Below the pieces are notes generated by a model. It was not told the origin of the DNA. It searched no databases and saw nothing but the letters and a program-made list of their open reading frames with translations. 64,000 bases of DNA from Vulcanimicrobiota bacterium (lineage in GTDB: Bacteria; Vulcanimicrobiota; Vulcanimicrobiia; Vulcanimicrobiales; Vulcanimicrobiaceae). The stretch is taken from contig CAVTCS010000003.1 of assembly GCA_963733295.1 (NCBI GenBank), positions 1,760,001 to 1,824,000 of the forward strand. Reading direction: 5' to 3'. Below, piece after piece: positions 39,524-50,345 of this stretch (the first letter of the stretch is position 1; every line of letters begins with the position of its first letter). A program made the position numbers and the translations under genes.

Positions 39524-39781
39524 TTACGTGCGCGCTTTGCTCAGCGAGCGACCGATGAACAGCAAAATCACGGCGCCGATGAACGCGACAATAATGCTCG
39601 AGAGATTGATGCCCGTTACCCCGGCGTGCCCGAAGAAGCTGAAGATCCAGCCACCCAGAAGCGCTCCAATGATGCCGATGACGAGATCACCTAGTATTCC
39701 ACCGGGTCCCTCGCCAGGCACGACGTATTTCGCGAGGAAACCTGCGATAAGGCCGACGACTAGCCAACCGATGATACCCAT
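39524..39781 (-). CDS. GlsB/YeaQ/YmgE transglycosylase-associated membrane protein
   Basis: IIGWLVVGLIAGFLAK..PG...GIIGALLGG. Confidence 0.9.
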   Translation of the reverse strand: MGIIGWLVVGLIAGFLAKYVVPGEGPGGILGDLVIGIIGALLGGWIFSFFGHAGVTGINLSSIIVAFIGAVILLFIGRSLSKART

Positions 39782-39968
39782 TCTGAACCTACCCCCACTT
39801 AGCAGATCGCGCGGTAACGCGAGCAAATGACTTCCGATCGGCCTTTGCGCTGCCCTTTTACCCTGAAGTCTCGCGACTTAGGCCTTTCGCGTCAGCAGGA
39901 CGCGCTTTCCGCCTTACTAGCGGCCTTGCGCCGCCGTGCCCGAAACCGTTGCAGATGGAGGAGTGACG

Positions 39969-40812
39969 TTGAGACACCTTCTTACCCTCGTGGCGAGCGC
40001 ATCGCTCCTCATCGGAACGCTCGCGGCCGCGAGTCCGATCGACGGAACCTTTGCCCTGCAAACCGGCACTCCGAAAGTGTCGGGCGTTCTTGCGCGCCTC
40101 GAGCGTCGCTACCGATCCGTTGACTCAGAAGCTCGACATCTGGTTGACGCCGCTCGCCGGAACGGCGCCGATTCGCCACTACGCCGTCGACATGACCAAG
40201 CTGCTTCACCTCATCATCGTCAGCGACGATTTCAAGCAATTCTCGCACGTTCACCCGTCGCTCGGCGCCGACGGGCATTTCACGATCCAGCAAACGCTTC
40301 CGGTTGCCGCGCTGTACCACGCCTACGCCGACGGCGAACCGCTGGGACTCGGCCAACAGGTCTTCCGCTTCGACTTTGCGGTCGGCGGCGACGCGCCGGC
40401 AGCCGCGCGTTCGCTCGCGCCGAGCGGCACGCGCGCCCAGGCGGGGCCGTACGTCGTCACGCTCGACACGCTGACCCTGACTGCCGGAAAAGCTAGCGTC
40501 CTGACAATTCGGATTCTGCGCAACGGCAAGCCCGCGCGCGATCTGCATCCATATCTCGGCGCGCCGGCGCACGCGGTCTTCCTCGACGCGAAAGATCTCA
40601 CGTACGTCCACGTCCATCCGGGCGCACCCGGCTCCGCCGAAATGGAATCGATGCCCGGAATGGCGATGCCGGCGATGCCGGATTCGGCAAGCTCGTCCCC
40701 CGACCTCACGTTGCACGTCACGGTGCACGAAGCGGGTCAGTATAAAATGTGGCTGGAGTTTCGGGGCGGCGCGGCGCTCTACGTCGCGCCGTTCGTCCTC
40801 ACGGCGACCTAA
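39969..40812 (+). CDS. Secreted heavy-metal-binding protein with a +1 frameshift in GGG 40082-84
   Basis: Signal peptide in one frame joins HLIIV..FSHVHP...PYLGAPAH...HVHP and Met-rich MESMPGMAMPAM in the next frame; GGAGGA RBS. Confidence 0.75.
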
Positions 40813-42127
40813 CTTCCGGCGAAATGATGATGCCGCCCTCGAGCGCGGCCTGCTGTTGCGCCGCTTTCGTATAGACGCGTAGTTCGGCGATGTCGCGCGG
40901 AAAGAGCAGCCCGAAAGTCCAGTCGAAGGTGACGCGGATGCGCCGGTCGAGTCCGGGCAGTCGCGCGAGGTAATACGTCCGCCACAAGAACCACGCGGGG
41001 AAGCCGGTGAGCAGGAATTTCCCCCACAGGCCGGCGACGCCGTGGCGCGCCCCGAGCGAAGCCATCATGCCGATCGCTTCGTAGTGAAAAGACTTCGTCG
41101 GCTTTCCGCGCAGCGTCGCGACGATGTTCGCACCGAGCACGGGACCTTCGCGGATCGCGTGTTGCGCCGTCTGCGGATAGGTTCCGCCGTGCGGATCGGG
41201 GATCGAAGCGCAATCGCCGATCGCCCAAACACCGGGATGTCCGGGTACCGACATGTCCGGATTCGTGATTATCGATCCGCCGCGACCGGTTCCGATCGAG
41301 AGCCCGGCGACGACGGGCGAAGGCCGCACGCCCGCGCTCCAGACGATCGTGCCCGCTTCGATTCGCCGGCCGTCTTTGAGTATGAGCCCGCTCTCGTCGG
41401 CGCCGCCGACGAGCGCGTCGAGCAAGACCCGCACGCCGCGACCCTCGAGTTCGCGCGCGCTGTATTCTCCCATCCCGGCCTGCAGCTCGGGCAGCAGCTT
41501 CGCGCCACCCTCGACCAGCACGACCTCGATCTCGCGCGCATCGATCGAGCGGTAAAATTTGACGATGCTCCGGAAGAAGTCGACCATCTCGCCCGCCGCC
41601 TCGACGCCCGTGAATCCGCCACCGACGAAAACGAAGGTCAGCAACCGTTTGCGCTGGACGGGGTCTGCGGCGACGTCGGCGAGTTCGAGCATCGCGATGA
41701 CGTGATTGCGCAGCCGGTCGGCGTCCTCGAGCGTCTTCAAGGGCAGCGCGTGTTCGGCGACGCCCGGCAAATTGAACGTCGACGTCACCGCGCCGACGCC
41801 GATCACCAGCTGATCGTAGCTGAGTTTTTGATCCGCTCCGAGGATCGTGTGTTCGACGACGACCGAACGCGCGGTGAGGTCGATCGAGCGCACGTCGGCA
41901 AGGACGAAACGGGCGCGCCGCAACTGAGCGCGCAGCGGCGTTGCAACGTGGCGAGCCTCCAAGTTTCCGGAGCTCACTTCGGGCAGCATCGGCGTGAACA
42001 GCGAAAAGTTTTCGCGACTGACGAGCGTAATCGCGGCTTCTTCCGGCCGGAGCATTCGCTCCAGCGTTCTGGCGGTCGTAAGGCCGCCAAAACCGCCGCC
42101 TAAGATTAGAATACTCGCGGATGCCAC
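40799..42127 (-). CDS. Type II NADH dehydrogenase-like FAD oxidoreductase
   Basis: GGGFGG, FTPML, GGGFTGVE, AIGDCA, PQTAQHA. Confidence 0.9.
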   Translation of the reverse strand: MASASILILGGGFGGLTTARTLERMLRPEEAAITLVSRENFSLFTPMLPEVSSGNLEARHVATPLRAQLRRARFVLADVRSIDLTARSVVVEHTILGADQKLSYDQLVIGVGAVTSTFNLPGVAEHALPLKTLEDADRLRNHVIAMLELADVAADPVQRKRLLTFVFVGGGFTGVEAAGEMVDFFRSIVKFYRSIDAREIEVVLVEGGAKLLPELQAGMGEYSARELEGRGVRVLLDALVGGADESGLILKDGRRIEAGTIVWSAGVRPSPVVAGLSIGTGRGGSIITNPDMSVPGHPGVWAIGDCASIPDPHGGTYPQTAQHAIREGPVLGANIVATLRGKPTKSFHYEAIGMMASLGARHGVAGLWGKFLLTGFPAWFLWRTYYLARLPGLDRRIRVTFDWTFGLLFPRDIAELRVYTKAAQQQAALEGGIIISPEVRSP

Positions 42128-42209
42128 AGCAAATACAGCCAGAGAATCGAGAAGGTCCCAAGGAGCACCCAAAGTCCGATGGTGGCGAGGCGAATGCCGA
42201 TCGAGGTTT

Positions 42210-42791
42210 TCACGCCGCGCGAATCCGGCCGCGCAAGTACTCGCCGACCGCAATCGCCTCGCTCGCTTCCAACGGAGTTCGCGAGGGCGCCAAGCGCGCG
42301 ATGTCCCAACGTTCCTCCGCGCCGCTTCCGAAATAGCCGTCTTCGAGCGCGGCTTCGGCATGCGTCATCACCGAGGCTGCCTCCACTTCGATTCCGTAGA
42401 AGGCGCAAAGCCGCGCCGCAACGGCGCACAACGTCGAGATCAGGTCGTCGCGCAAAGGGAACGGACCAAAATCGTCGGGCCGCGCGTCCTGCATGCCGGC
42501 AACGGCGAGCCCTGCAGCAAACGAGTTGCGGCCGCGCGTGTGGGCGGCGTAGGCCGTCTCGCCGTGCACTCTGAGGCGGCGCATGTTCGCCCGCAGGTCG
42601 CTGGTTTCGCACACGATCGGTACGCCTTGCGCGTCGAGCGCAACACACAGGTGATAAACCGGGTATACGGTCGCGTAATCCCCGCCGGACCAATGCAGGT
42701 AGACGCGCTCGATCGGCCCTACCGGAAAGGCGGGCGACCACTTAGGGAGCCGCGCCCCGCGAGCGCGAAGGCCAGTATCGTGCACGATCAT
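42210..42791 (-). CDS. N-acetylmuramoyl-L-alanine amidase (Amidase_2-like); start uncertain
   Basis: YLHWS, YH, HTRGRNS, THAEAA, WD motifs. Confidence 0.72.
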   Translation of the reverse strand: MIVHDTGLRARGARLPKWSPAFPVGPIERVYLHWSGGDYATVYPVYHLCVALDAQGVPIVCETSDLRANMRRLRVHGETAYAAHTRGRNSFAAGLAVAGMQDARPDDFGPFPLRDDLISTLCAVAARLCAFYGIEVEAASVMTHAEAALEDGYFGSGAEERWDIARLAPSRTPLEASEAIAVGEYLRGRIRAA

Positions 42792-43670
42792 CCGAACGTT
42801 ACCTCAGCCGGAGGTCCTTTTCCGTCAACCGTCCCCGCGGACGCGCCGTACGAGGGCGAATACCTCCCGCCGGGTAGCGCGCCGCCGCCTCGCAAAGAGT
42901 CCGGCTGGAAGCGAGGCGTCGGTCCCGCGGTCATTGCCGCGGGCGTGCTTCTCGCGAAATTCAAGTCGCTGCTCTTTCTGCTGCTCAGTTTCAAGTGGGT
43001 CCTGATCGGCTCGAAAGTTCTGCTTAGCTCCTTCTCGCTGGTCGCCTCGATCTGGTTCTATTCGCTCTTCTTCGGCTGGCCGTTCGCAGTCGTCTTCGTG
43101 TTGCTGATCCTCGTTCACGAACTGGGTCACGCGGCCTTCATGCGGATCTTCGGCGTTCCCGCGAGCATGCCGTACTTCATTCCCGGTTTCGGCGCGCTCA
43201 TCACGATGAAAGGCCGGCCCGCCTCCGCGCTTCAAGAATCGTACATCGCGCTAGCCGGGCCGTTGATGGGGACGGTCGCCGCGCTCGCATGCTATACCTA
43301 CGGCGAGGCAACGATGAACAAGTTCTGGATCGCCGCCGCCTTCACGGGCTTCTTTCTTAACCTGTTCAATATGATACCGGTCTTACCGCTGGACGGCGGT
43401 CGCATCATCGGCTCGGTCTCGCCGAGGGTTTGGATCTTCGGGCTCATCGGGTTGATCGTTGCGGCGGTCGCGTATCATTGGTATTATAACCCGCTGCTCA
43501 TCATCATCGTGCTGCTGAGCATTCCCAAAGCGATCGCCGCGTGGCGCGGCCAAAGCGACCCGCAGTACTACGCCCAAACACCGCTGCAGCGCGGCGGCGT
43601 CGCGGCGGCGTATTTCACTCTAGCGGGTTTCCTGATCGTTGCAATGCTGGAGTCGCGCGTCACGATATGA
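42780..43670 (+). CDS. Site-2 protease (M50)
   Basis: HELGH, AGP, NMIPVLPLDGG. Confidence 0.9.
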   Translation: MHDHPNVTSAGGPFPSTVPADAPYEGEYLPPGSAPPPRKESGWKRGVGPAVIAAGVLLAKFKSLLFLLLSFKWVLIGSKVLLSSFSLVASIWFYSLFFGWPFAVVFVLLILVHELGHAAFMRIFGVPASMPYFIPGFGALITMKGRPASALQESYIALAGPLMGTVAALACYTYGEATMNKFWIAAAFTGFFLNLFNMIPVLPLDGGRIIGSVSPRVWIFGLIGLIVAAVAYHWYYNPLLIIIVLLSIPKAIAAWRGQSDPQYYAQTPLQRGGVAAAYFTLAGFLIVAMLESRVTI

Positions 43671-44572
43671 GCGAGCGGCACGCGATTCTCGGCGCGGGCG
43701 GCATCGGCGGTTTGATGGGCGCCCTCCTCGCCGCCGGCGGCGACCGCGTGACGCTGGTTGTCCGCGAAGGAACGGTCGACGTCTATCCAGCCGAACTGAC
43801 GTTGCGGCGCACCGACGGATCGGTCGTGACGGGAGCGGCGCAAGTCGCGAGCAGCCTGCCGGCAGGCGACGACGTCGACGTGCTCTGGGTGACGACGAAG
43901 GCCGCGCACTTGGACGCAGCCTTGCGCTCGGTTAGCGCGGCTCGTCCGCATTGCGTCGTGCCCCTTCTCAACGGCCTCGATCACGTTGCGAAACTCGCGC
44001 AAGCTTTCGGGCCGGACGTCGTGATCCCGGGGACGATCGCGGTCGAAGCCGAGCGGCTCGCACCGGGTATCGTACGCCAGGGCACGCCGTTCGCGTTGTT
44101 GCGCCTGGCCGAACGCGGTCACGTCCTGCTCGCGAAGAGTGCCGCGCTGCTCGGGCCGCTGGGGATGACCGTCGAATTCATCGCGGACGAAACGACCCTC
44201 ATGTGGAGCAAGCTCGTCTTTCTCGCGCCGTTCGCGCTCGCAACGACCGCCAGCGGCGAACCGCTCGGATTCATTCGCGACCATCCGGATTGGCTCGCGC
44301 TGATGACGGGAGCGGCCGACGAGGTCGCGACCGTCGGACGCTCGGAAGGTGCGGCGTTCGACGCCGATTACGTTACGCGCACCCTGGCTCCGCTGAAGAC
44401 CGCTCCGCCGCAGGTCAGCAGCTCGATGGCGCGCGACGTGGCCGCAGGCAAGGAACCGGAACTCGACGCGATCGCCGGCGCCGTCGTCCGCGCGGCCGGC
44501 CGCCATTCGATTCCGGTACCTATGCTGCGCGAGCTCATGCAACGCGTACGCGAGCGCGTCGCTAGCGGTTGA
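43667..44572 (+). CDS. panE: Ketopantoate reductase family
   Basis: GAGGIG, TTKA, LNG, WSKL, SSMARD...PELDAI; ATGA overlap. Confidence 0.82.
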   Translation: MSERHAILGAGGIGGLMGALLAAGGDRVTLVVREGTVDVYPAELTLRRTDGSVVTGAAQVASSLPAGDDVDVLWVTTKAAHLDAALRSVSAARPHCVVPLLNGLDHVAKLAQAFGPDVVIPGTIAVEAERLAPGIVRQGTPFALLRLAERGHVLLAKSAALLGPLGMTVEFIADETTLMWSKLVFLAPFALATTASGEPLGFIRDHPDWLALMTGAADEVATVGRSEGAAFDADYVTRTLAPLKTAPPQVSSSMARDVAAGKEPELDAIAGAVVRAAGRHSIPVPMLRELMQRVRERVASG

Positions 44573-46445
44573 GAATCACCTTGACCTGGGGTAGCGGCGG
44601 GCGAGCCGGCAGCACGCCGAGCTTCATCGCGCGCAGCGGGTGCGCCGCGATGAGAGCGGCCCGCTGCGCGAGATGCGGCATCGGAGGCATTGCCGCCCGC
44701 CTGAACGCGTGCGGCATAACGGGACGCTCGACGATCGAGGCAACGCTAACACCTGACGACGAACCTTGAACCTGCGTTGCGGACGGTAAGCGCGTCGAGC
44801 GGTCGCCGTACGGATGAGCCACGATGCGGTACTGGAACGCGACGGTGCTCCTTCCGTTCATCAGCTCGCGCACGACGAACCCGCTCGCCGAACGCTCCGC
44901 GACGTACATCCCGTGGCAGTCGCCGAGCGGCGTAATGAAGACGAGATACGAACGGCTCGGATCGATCGTCGACGCGAAGGTGCGCTCGAGCGGAACGATG
45001 GCCTGACCGTTCACGAGTCGTGCTTCGCCGAAGTCTTCCATCGTCGGCAAGCTTTGGTGCGCGGCATAGGTGGTTACGGGCGCTGCGTTTCTCGTGCGCA
45101 CGGCCGCCGTGAGGTCGTTGTCGTACGAGCAATTCCCAGACGGCATGGTAACCGGGAACGCAGGGGACGATCCCTGCGAACAGAGCTGGTAGACTCGCCC
45201 CTGCACGTACAGATCGCCGCTCATCTGAACGTCACTGGCGCCGCTCGACAGCGTCGCGCCGCTGAATTTCAACGACCCGGCTTGAACGATAAAATTCTCT
45301 ATGGCACTCGAACCCGTCGCGTTGACGGCGGCGAAGTAATCGGTTCCGCCGGTGTTCTCTTGCGCGACGATCGCCGGATGCGCCGACTTCCCCGATCCTC
45401 CGAAGAAGACTCCCGCTTCGCCCGTTCCAACACCGAGCAATGCCGCAGCGAAATTCTCCGGAGTTTCGACTACGAGTGCGTTCCCCGAGTTCCCGCTCAC
45501 CGTTGACGACTCGAAGACGCCGCCCGTTCCCGCCTTCGCACCGAATCCGAACACTCCGACGCCGCCCGTCGCTCCGAAACCTTCGATGCCGTAGCCGGTC
45601 AGATTGGTCGACTCGCCGTACACGCCGGCGCCGCTGCCACCGGAGCTCTGCGCGAATACGCCGTAGAGCGCACCGTAACCGTCGACGCCGGTGCCGTCCA
45701 AAGCCATTCCGACCACCCCGGCCGAGGTGGGGTCCGTGCTCTCGCTCACGCCGGAAACGCCCTGGAAGCCGAGCCCGAACACGCCCGCGCCGCTGCTCCC
45801 GCTCGAACTTCCCGCAACGCCATACGGGCCGCTACCGAATACGCCGATGCCATTTGTGCTCGTCCCGCCCACGCCGTAATCGCTGTTGACGCCCGACGTA
45901 TCGGCGCCCAAGACACCCGCAAATCCTCCCGCGCTCGACGACGTGCTCGTCGTGCCGGCGATACCGTCGGCGCTGCTGGAGGTTCCCATCACGCCTGGGC
46001 TCGCGGCCGCCGCGGAGGTTCCCAGTACGCCGGTGCCGCTCGGCGAGTTACCAAAAACCGCCGTGCCGTTGGCGCTCGTATTGTAGCCGTAGATCGAAGC
46101 TGCACCACCGTCGTTGTTGAATCCGTAGACGCCCGGGCCGGTGGCGGAATATCCGTAGAGACCGTACGCAGAGGTACCCGTCGATTGTGCCCAGCCGACG
46201 ACGCCGACCGACTGCGGTGTCTGCACGTAGCCCACGACGCCGTCGATGTTGATCGAACTCGACGCGACGGTACCGTACCCGAACACGCCGGTGTCGTTTT
46301 GAAAGCCGGTGATCCCCTTGATCGCGTAGCCGGGAGCTCCGCTCGGACCGCTATCGGTGACCTTCAGCGGTCCCGGAATCGATTGCGCTAGCGCGGGTGC
46401 CGCGAACGCGAAGACGAGTACCAGCGACCAAACGATGAAACGCAA
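44562..46445 (-). CDS. Secreted G-V-x-G repeat protein with a tail-fibre-like C-terminal domain
   Basis: Signal peptide; many GVxG repeats; EDFGEARLVNG...VFITP.GDC...GFVVRE...FQYRIVA. Confidence 0.7.
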   Translation of the reverse strand: MRFIVWSLVLVFAFAAPALAQSIPGPLKVTDSGPSGAPGYAIKGITGFQNDTGVFGYGTVASSSINIDGVVGYVQTPQSVGVVGWAQSTGTSAYGLYGYSATGPGVYGFNNDGGAASIYGYNTSANGTAVFGNSPSGTGVLGTSAAAASPGVMGTSSSADGIAGTTSTSSSAGGFAGVLGADTSGVNSDYGVGGTSTNGIGVFGSGPYGVAGSSSGSSGAGVFGLGFQGVSGVSESTDPTSAGVVGMALDGTGVDGYGALYGVFAQSSGGSGAGVYGESTNLTGYGIEGFGATGGVGVFGFGAKAGTGGVFESSTVSGNSGNALVVETPENFAAALLGVGTGEAGVFFGGSGKSAHPAIVAQENTGGTDYFAAVNATGSSAIENFIVQAGSLKFSGATLSSGASDVQMSGDLYVQGRVYQLCSQGSSPAFPVTMPSGNCSYDNDLTAAVRTRNAAPVTTYAAHQSLPTMEDFGEARLVNGQAIVPLERTFASTIDPSRSYLVFITPLGDCHGMYVAERSASGFVVRELMNGRSTVAFQYRIVAHPYGDRSTRLPSATQVQGSSSGVSVASIVERPVMPHAFRRAAMPPMPHLAQRAALIAAHPLRAMKLGVLPARPPLPQVKVILNR

Positions 46446-46520
46446 AGCCGGCTCCTTTCAGTAAGCGAGACGGCAAGCGCCGCTCGCCCGCAAAGCATAG
46501 CACAGCCGGGGCGCGGACGT

Positions 46521-47051
46521 TTACGGCGCGGGGGAAGCTACGCTCGGAACCGCTTTCCAGACGCCGTCGACCGCGGGCGGCAGATGGTCCATCTTGCTGA
46601 GGAACATCGCAACCTTCCAGATCTCGTCGTCGCTCAGCGTCGTCGTGAACGAGGGCATCGCCGTGTAGCGGATGCCGTGCTTGACCTTCCAGTAGGTCTC
46701 GGCGACCGGATCGTCTTCGACGCCGTGTTTCGCGAGCAGCGGCGCCTGAATGTAGAAGCCTTGCGCGAGCTTCGAGGGTTTGGCGTCCGAGGCTCCGTGA
46801 CAGACCGCACAGTTTGCGGCAAATAGGTGCACGCCGTCCGTAAGGTTCTCGTCAGTGGGCTGCAGCGGGTTCTGCAAGTTCTTCGTGTCGCGAGCGACGG
46901 CGGCGCCGAGCGAGCGCTTCGCAGCCCACTTTTCGAGCGCGCTCGGTTTCGCGTCGGCATTGGCCGGCACGACTCCGAGTTGCACCGCCGCGAAACCGGC
47001 CGCCGCGAAAAATGCGAGCGTAAAGACGATCCCGTTGAGGAAGGCGCGCAA
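46521..47051 (-). CDS. Monoheme cytochrome c
   Basis: CAVCH, GIRYTAMP. Confidence 0.88.
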   Translation of the reverse strand: MRAFLNGIVFTLAFFAAAGFAAVQLGVVPANADAKPSALEKWAAKRSLGAAVARDTKNLQNPLQPTDENLTDGVHLFAANCAVCHGASDAKPSKLAQGFYIQAPLLAKHGVEDDPVAETYWKVKHGIRYTAMPSFTTTLSDDEIWKVAMFLSKMDHLPPAVDGVWKAVPSVASPAP

Positions 47052-47053
47052 GC

Positions 47054-48682
47054 TCAGATATCGACGTCCATGAAGTTGTCGAACGACGCCACGGGATTGG
47101 GGTGATAATTCTTGAGGTCGTCGTTGTACGCATAGATCTCGCGGCGCGCATCCAACACCACGGTCGGGATGTCCGCGTAGAGTTGCTCTTGGACGAGTTT
47201 TTGATACGGTTCGCGCTTGTCGAATCCGTAGAGAACCTTCGCTCGATCCATAGCCTCCGTCGCCTTCTCGTTACACCACCGGGGATCGTTCTGCCCATTC
47301 GGCGGGAAACGGTAACAGGCGTACAAGTTGGACATGTCCTCGTTGGGATCGGCGCCCCAGGCAAAGTTCACGACGTCGAACTTGCCGCCGTAGATGATGC
47401 CGCCTTCCGCGACCGGGGCGAAGAACTGCGACGACAGGTAGCGCTTGACGGAAAAGTCGACACCGATCTGCTTCCACCAGCCGCGGACCAGCTCGATCTG
47501 CGTGTCGGTGTCCGGAGTGCCGAGCGACGACGCATACGTCAGACTGAGGCGCCGTCCGTTCTTCACGCGGACCCCGTCGGCTCCGCGCTTCCAGCCCGCC
47601 GCCTCAAGAATCGCGTTGGCCTTGGCGAGGTCGAACGGCACGAGCGGGAGTTTCGCATCGTAGTCGCTGGCTGGAGTAATCGGCGACTCGCTCATGATGT
47701 ACAGGTTATTGCGCAGTTTTTCGTTCAGATACGCGCGGTCGGTTGCATAGCGTAACGCCTGGCGCACGGCGAGGTCTTGCATCACGGGATGCGAGAGATT
47801 GAAATCCATGTGATCGAAAAAGTAGCTCGGCGTCATCAACAGGTTAACGTTTGCGATCGTCTTGAGCTGCGGGACGAAGTGCGGGGGAACGGTCACCCAA
47901 AGGTCTAGCTCGTGCGTGCGCATCTCTTCGAGCACGACGTTCCGGTCGGGAATGATCTTGAAGGTGATGCGCTGCAGCTTCGGCGTGCCTCGGAAGTAGA
48001 GCGGATCCGGCACCATGACGACCGAGTCGGCTCGCTTCCAACTCTGGTACTTGAACGGTCCGATGCCGACCGGCAGCGCGTTGTACGGGACGTTGTTGAG
48101 GCTCTTGTAGCCTTTGAGCAAGTGCTTTGGAAGCACGCACGGGTTCGCTCCGCCCGTGCTGAAGAACGTCACGGCGAACGACGAGTAGCCCTTCTTGAGG
48201 TGGTAGACGACGGTGTATTTGTCCGGCTCGTCGACCTTCGTTATCAGATCCCAGCCGTCGCGGCTGACGACGTCGTTAGCCGGGTTGAGCACTTGCTGCG
48301 TCGAGAAGACGACGTCGTCGGCATCGAACGGCGCACCGTCAGACCACTTCACACCCTTGCGAATGTGCCAGGTTATCGTCTTGCCGTCCGGACTGATGCC
48401 GCCGTTGGCCTGCGAGGGAACTTCGGTCACCAGCTCGGGAACGTTCGCGTTGCCTTTGCTGTCGGTCTTGATGAGGAAAGCCTGCGTCAAAGTTGCGAGG
48501 AAGCTTTCGGTCCCCGTCGAGTGCGTCAGCGGATCCAGGCCTTGGATATCTTCCGCCGAGGCATAGCGCAACTGGTGCGGCGTCGTGTAGGCGTGGCGCT
48601 CCGTGCCGGCCGGCCCCGACCCGACTCGCGTACAGGCGGCGAGAACCACGAGGAGCGCCGCCGACGTGACGATCTTTCCCAC
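47054..48682 (-). CDS. Peptide/nickel ABC solute-binding lipoprotein (family 5)
   Basis: Lipobox LAAC, KWSDGAPFDADDV, GIGPF. Confidence 0.92.
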   Translation of the reverse strand: MGKIVTSAALLVVLAACTRVGSGPAGTERHAYTTPHQLRYASAEDIQGLDPLTHSTGTESFLATLTQAFLIKTDSKGNANVPELVTEVPSQANGGISPDGKTITWHIRKGVKWSDGAPFDADDVVFSTQQVLNPANDVVSRDGWDLITKVDEPDKYTVVYHLKKGYSSFAVTFFSTGGANPCVLPKHLLKGYKSLNNVPYNALPVGIGPFKYQSWKRADSVVMVPDPLYFRGTPKLQRITFKIIPDRNVVLEEMRTHELDLWVTVPPHFVPQLKTIANVNLLMTPSYFFDHMDFNLSHPVMQDLAVRQALRYATDRAYLNEKLRNNLYIMSESPITPASDYDAKLPLVPFDLAKANAILEAAGWKRGADGVRVKNGRRLSLTYASSLGTPDTDTQIELVRGWWKQIGVDFSVKRYLSSQFFAPVAEGGIIYGGKFDVVNFAWGADPNEDMSNLYACYRFPPNGQNDPRWCNEKATEAMDRAKVLYGFDKREPYQKLVQEQLYADIPTVVLDARREIYAYNDDLKNYHPNPVASFDNFMDVDI

Positions 48683-48696
48683 GCGGACTTCCTTTG

Positions 48697-50345
48697 CTAG
48701 ATGTCGACGTTCATCATGTCGTCGAACGAACTGACCGCGTTCGGATGGAAACCCTTGATGTCGCTATTCATAGGGAACAGGTCCTCATTGATTTGCAAAA
48801 CGTAGGTCGGCGTGTCGGCGACGATCTGTTCTTGGACGATGTCGGCCAAAGTCTTTTGCTCGGAGAGATCGTAGGTCAGTTTAAAGCGGTCCATCGCCGC
48901 TTGGGCGGTCTTGTTGCACCAGCGCATCATGTTCTGCCCGTGCGGCGCGATGTTTTCGCAGCCGAAGATTCCCGACATATCGCCGTCGGGCCCGAGAAAC
49001 CACGCGAAGATCGCGACGTCGAACTTGCCGCCGTAGAGAATTCCGCCCTTTTCCGGCTGCGCGAAGAGCATCGCCGGGTCGTAATTCTTGCGCTCGAGAT
49101 CGACGCCGATCGCCTTCCACCAGCCGCGGATGAGTTCGATGGTCGTGTCGGTATCCGGGCTACCGGTGTTCGAGGCGAAGTCGATCGTCAGTTTCTGACC
49201 GTCCTTCTCGCGGTAGTCGCCGGCGGTTTTCTTCCAGCCGGCTTCGTCGAGCAGCGCCGCCGCCTTGGCCGGGTCGAACGTCGACGTCTTGATTTTCGAG
49301 TCGAAGAACGGGCTTACCGGCGACCATATTCCGTCCTGAACGATGCCCAGGCCGTGGTAGACTTTGTCGCGGAGCGTTACGCGGTCGATCGCCAGCGCCA
49401 GCGCGCGCCGCACGCGCGCGTCTTGCAGAACCGGACGGGTCGTGTTGAAATCGAAGTGACCGTAGCCGTAGCTGGCCTGGCGCAGCACGACGAGGTTATG
49501 CATCGCTTGCAGACGCGGGTAATAGGCGCGGGATGCGTTCGGCCACATGTCGACTTCGCCGGTCTGCAGCTGCAACTGAATCGTGTCGCGATTGGGAACG
49601 ATCCGGTACTCGACGCGCTTGAGCTTGGGCAGGCCGCGGAAGTAGTACGGATTCGCCTCGAGGATGATGCGGTCGCCGCGACGCCACTCGACGTACCGGA
49701 ACGGTCCGATGCCGACGGGCTTGGAGTTGTACGGATCGGTGTTGATGTCGGCAGAGTGTTCGAGCAGATGCTTGGGCAACACGGCCACGTTGGCTCCGCC
49801 GCTTCCGTAAAACGTCGGCAAGAACGACGAGTAGGCTTCCTTGAGGTGAAAGACGACGGTGTACTTGTCGGGCTCCTCGACCTTGAGGATGCGGTCCCAT
49901 CCGTCGCGGCTTGTGACGAGCGTCTTCGGATCGAGCACGAGCTTCGTCGTGAAAACGACGTCGTCGGCATCGAAGGGCACGCCGTCCGACCACTTCGCGT
50001 CCTTGCGCAAGTGGAACGTGATCGTCTTGCCGTCGGCCGAGACGCCGCCGTTGGCCTTGCTCGGAACCTCGCTCGCGAGTTCGGGAATGGGTTTGTTATT
50101 GTGGTCGTACTTGACGAGCCAGGCCATCGTCATCGACGCCAAACGGCTTTGGACCAGCTGCTGCTCGAACAGCGGGTTGAGCGAGGTGACGTCGCCGACG
50201 TCGGCCATGCGCAACACGTGCGGTTGCGTGTAAGCGTTCTTGCGTGACTCGTCCGCCGCGCGCGCGTGACGCACGCCGAGACCGCTCACGACGAACACCG
50301 CGCAAGCGAAGGCGGCCGCCAGTGCCGCTACGGAAGGCCGGTTAC
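48697..50345 (-). CDS. Peptide ABC solute-binding protein (family 5); start codon unclear
   Basis: KWSDGVPFDADDV, GIGPF; signal-like NRPSVAALAAAFACAV upstream of GTG 50298. Confidence 0.88.

Noticed and set aside
40809..43670. Long alternative ORFs (40809-42161, 41042-42103, N-terminal extension of 41994-43670, and similar shadows elsewhere)
   Set aside because: Arg/Ala-rich shadow frames of real genes, expected in high-GC DNA
36084..46445. Prophage (primase, amidase, fibre-like gene)
   Set aside because: The genes are interspersed with metabolic genes; no integrase, terminase, capsid or att sites seen
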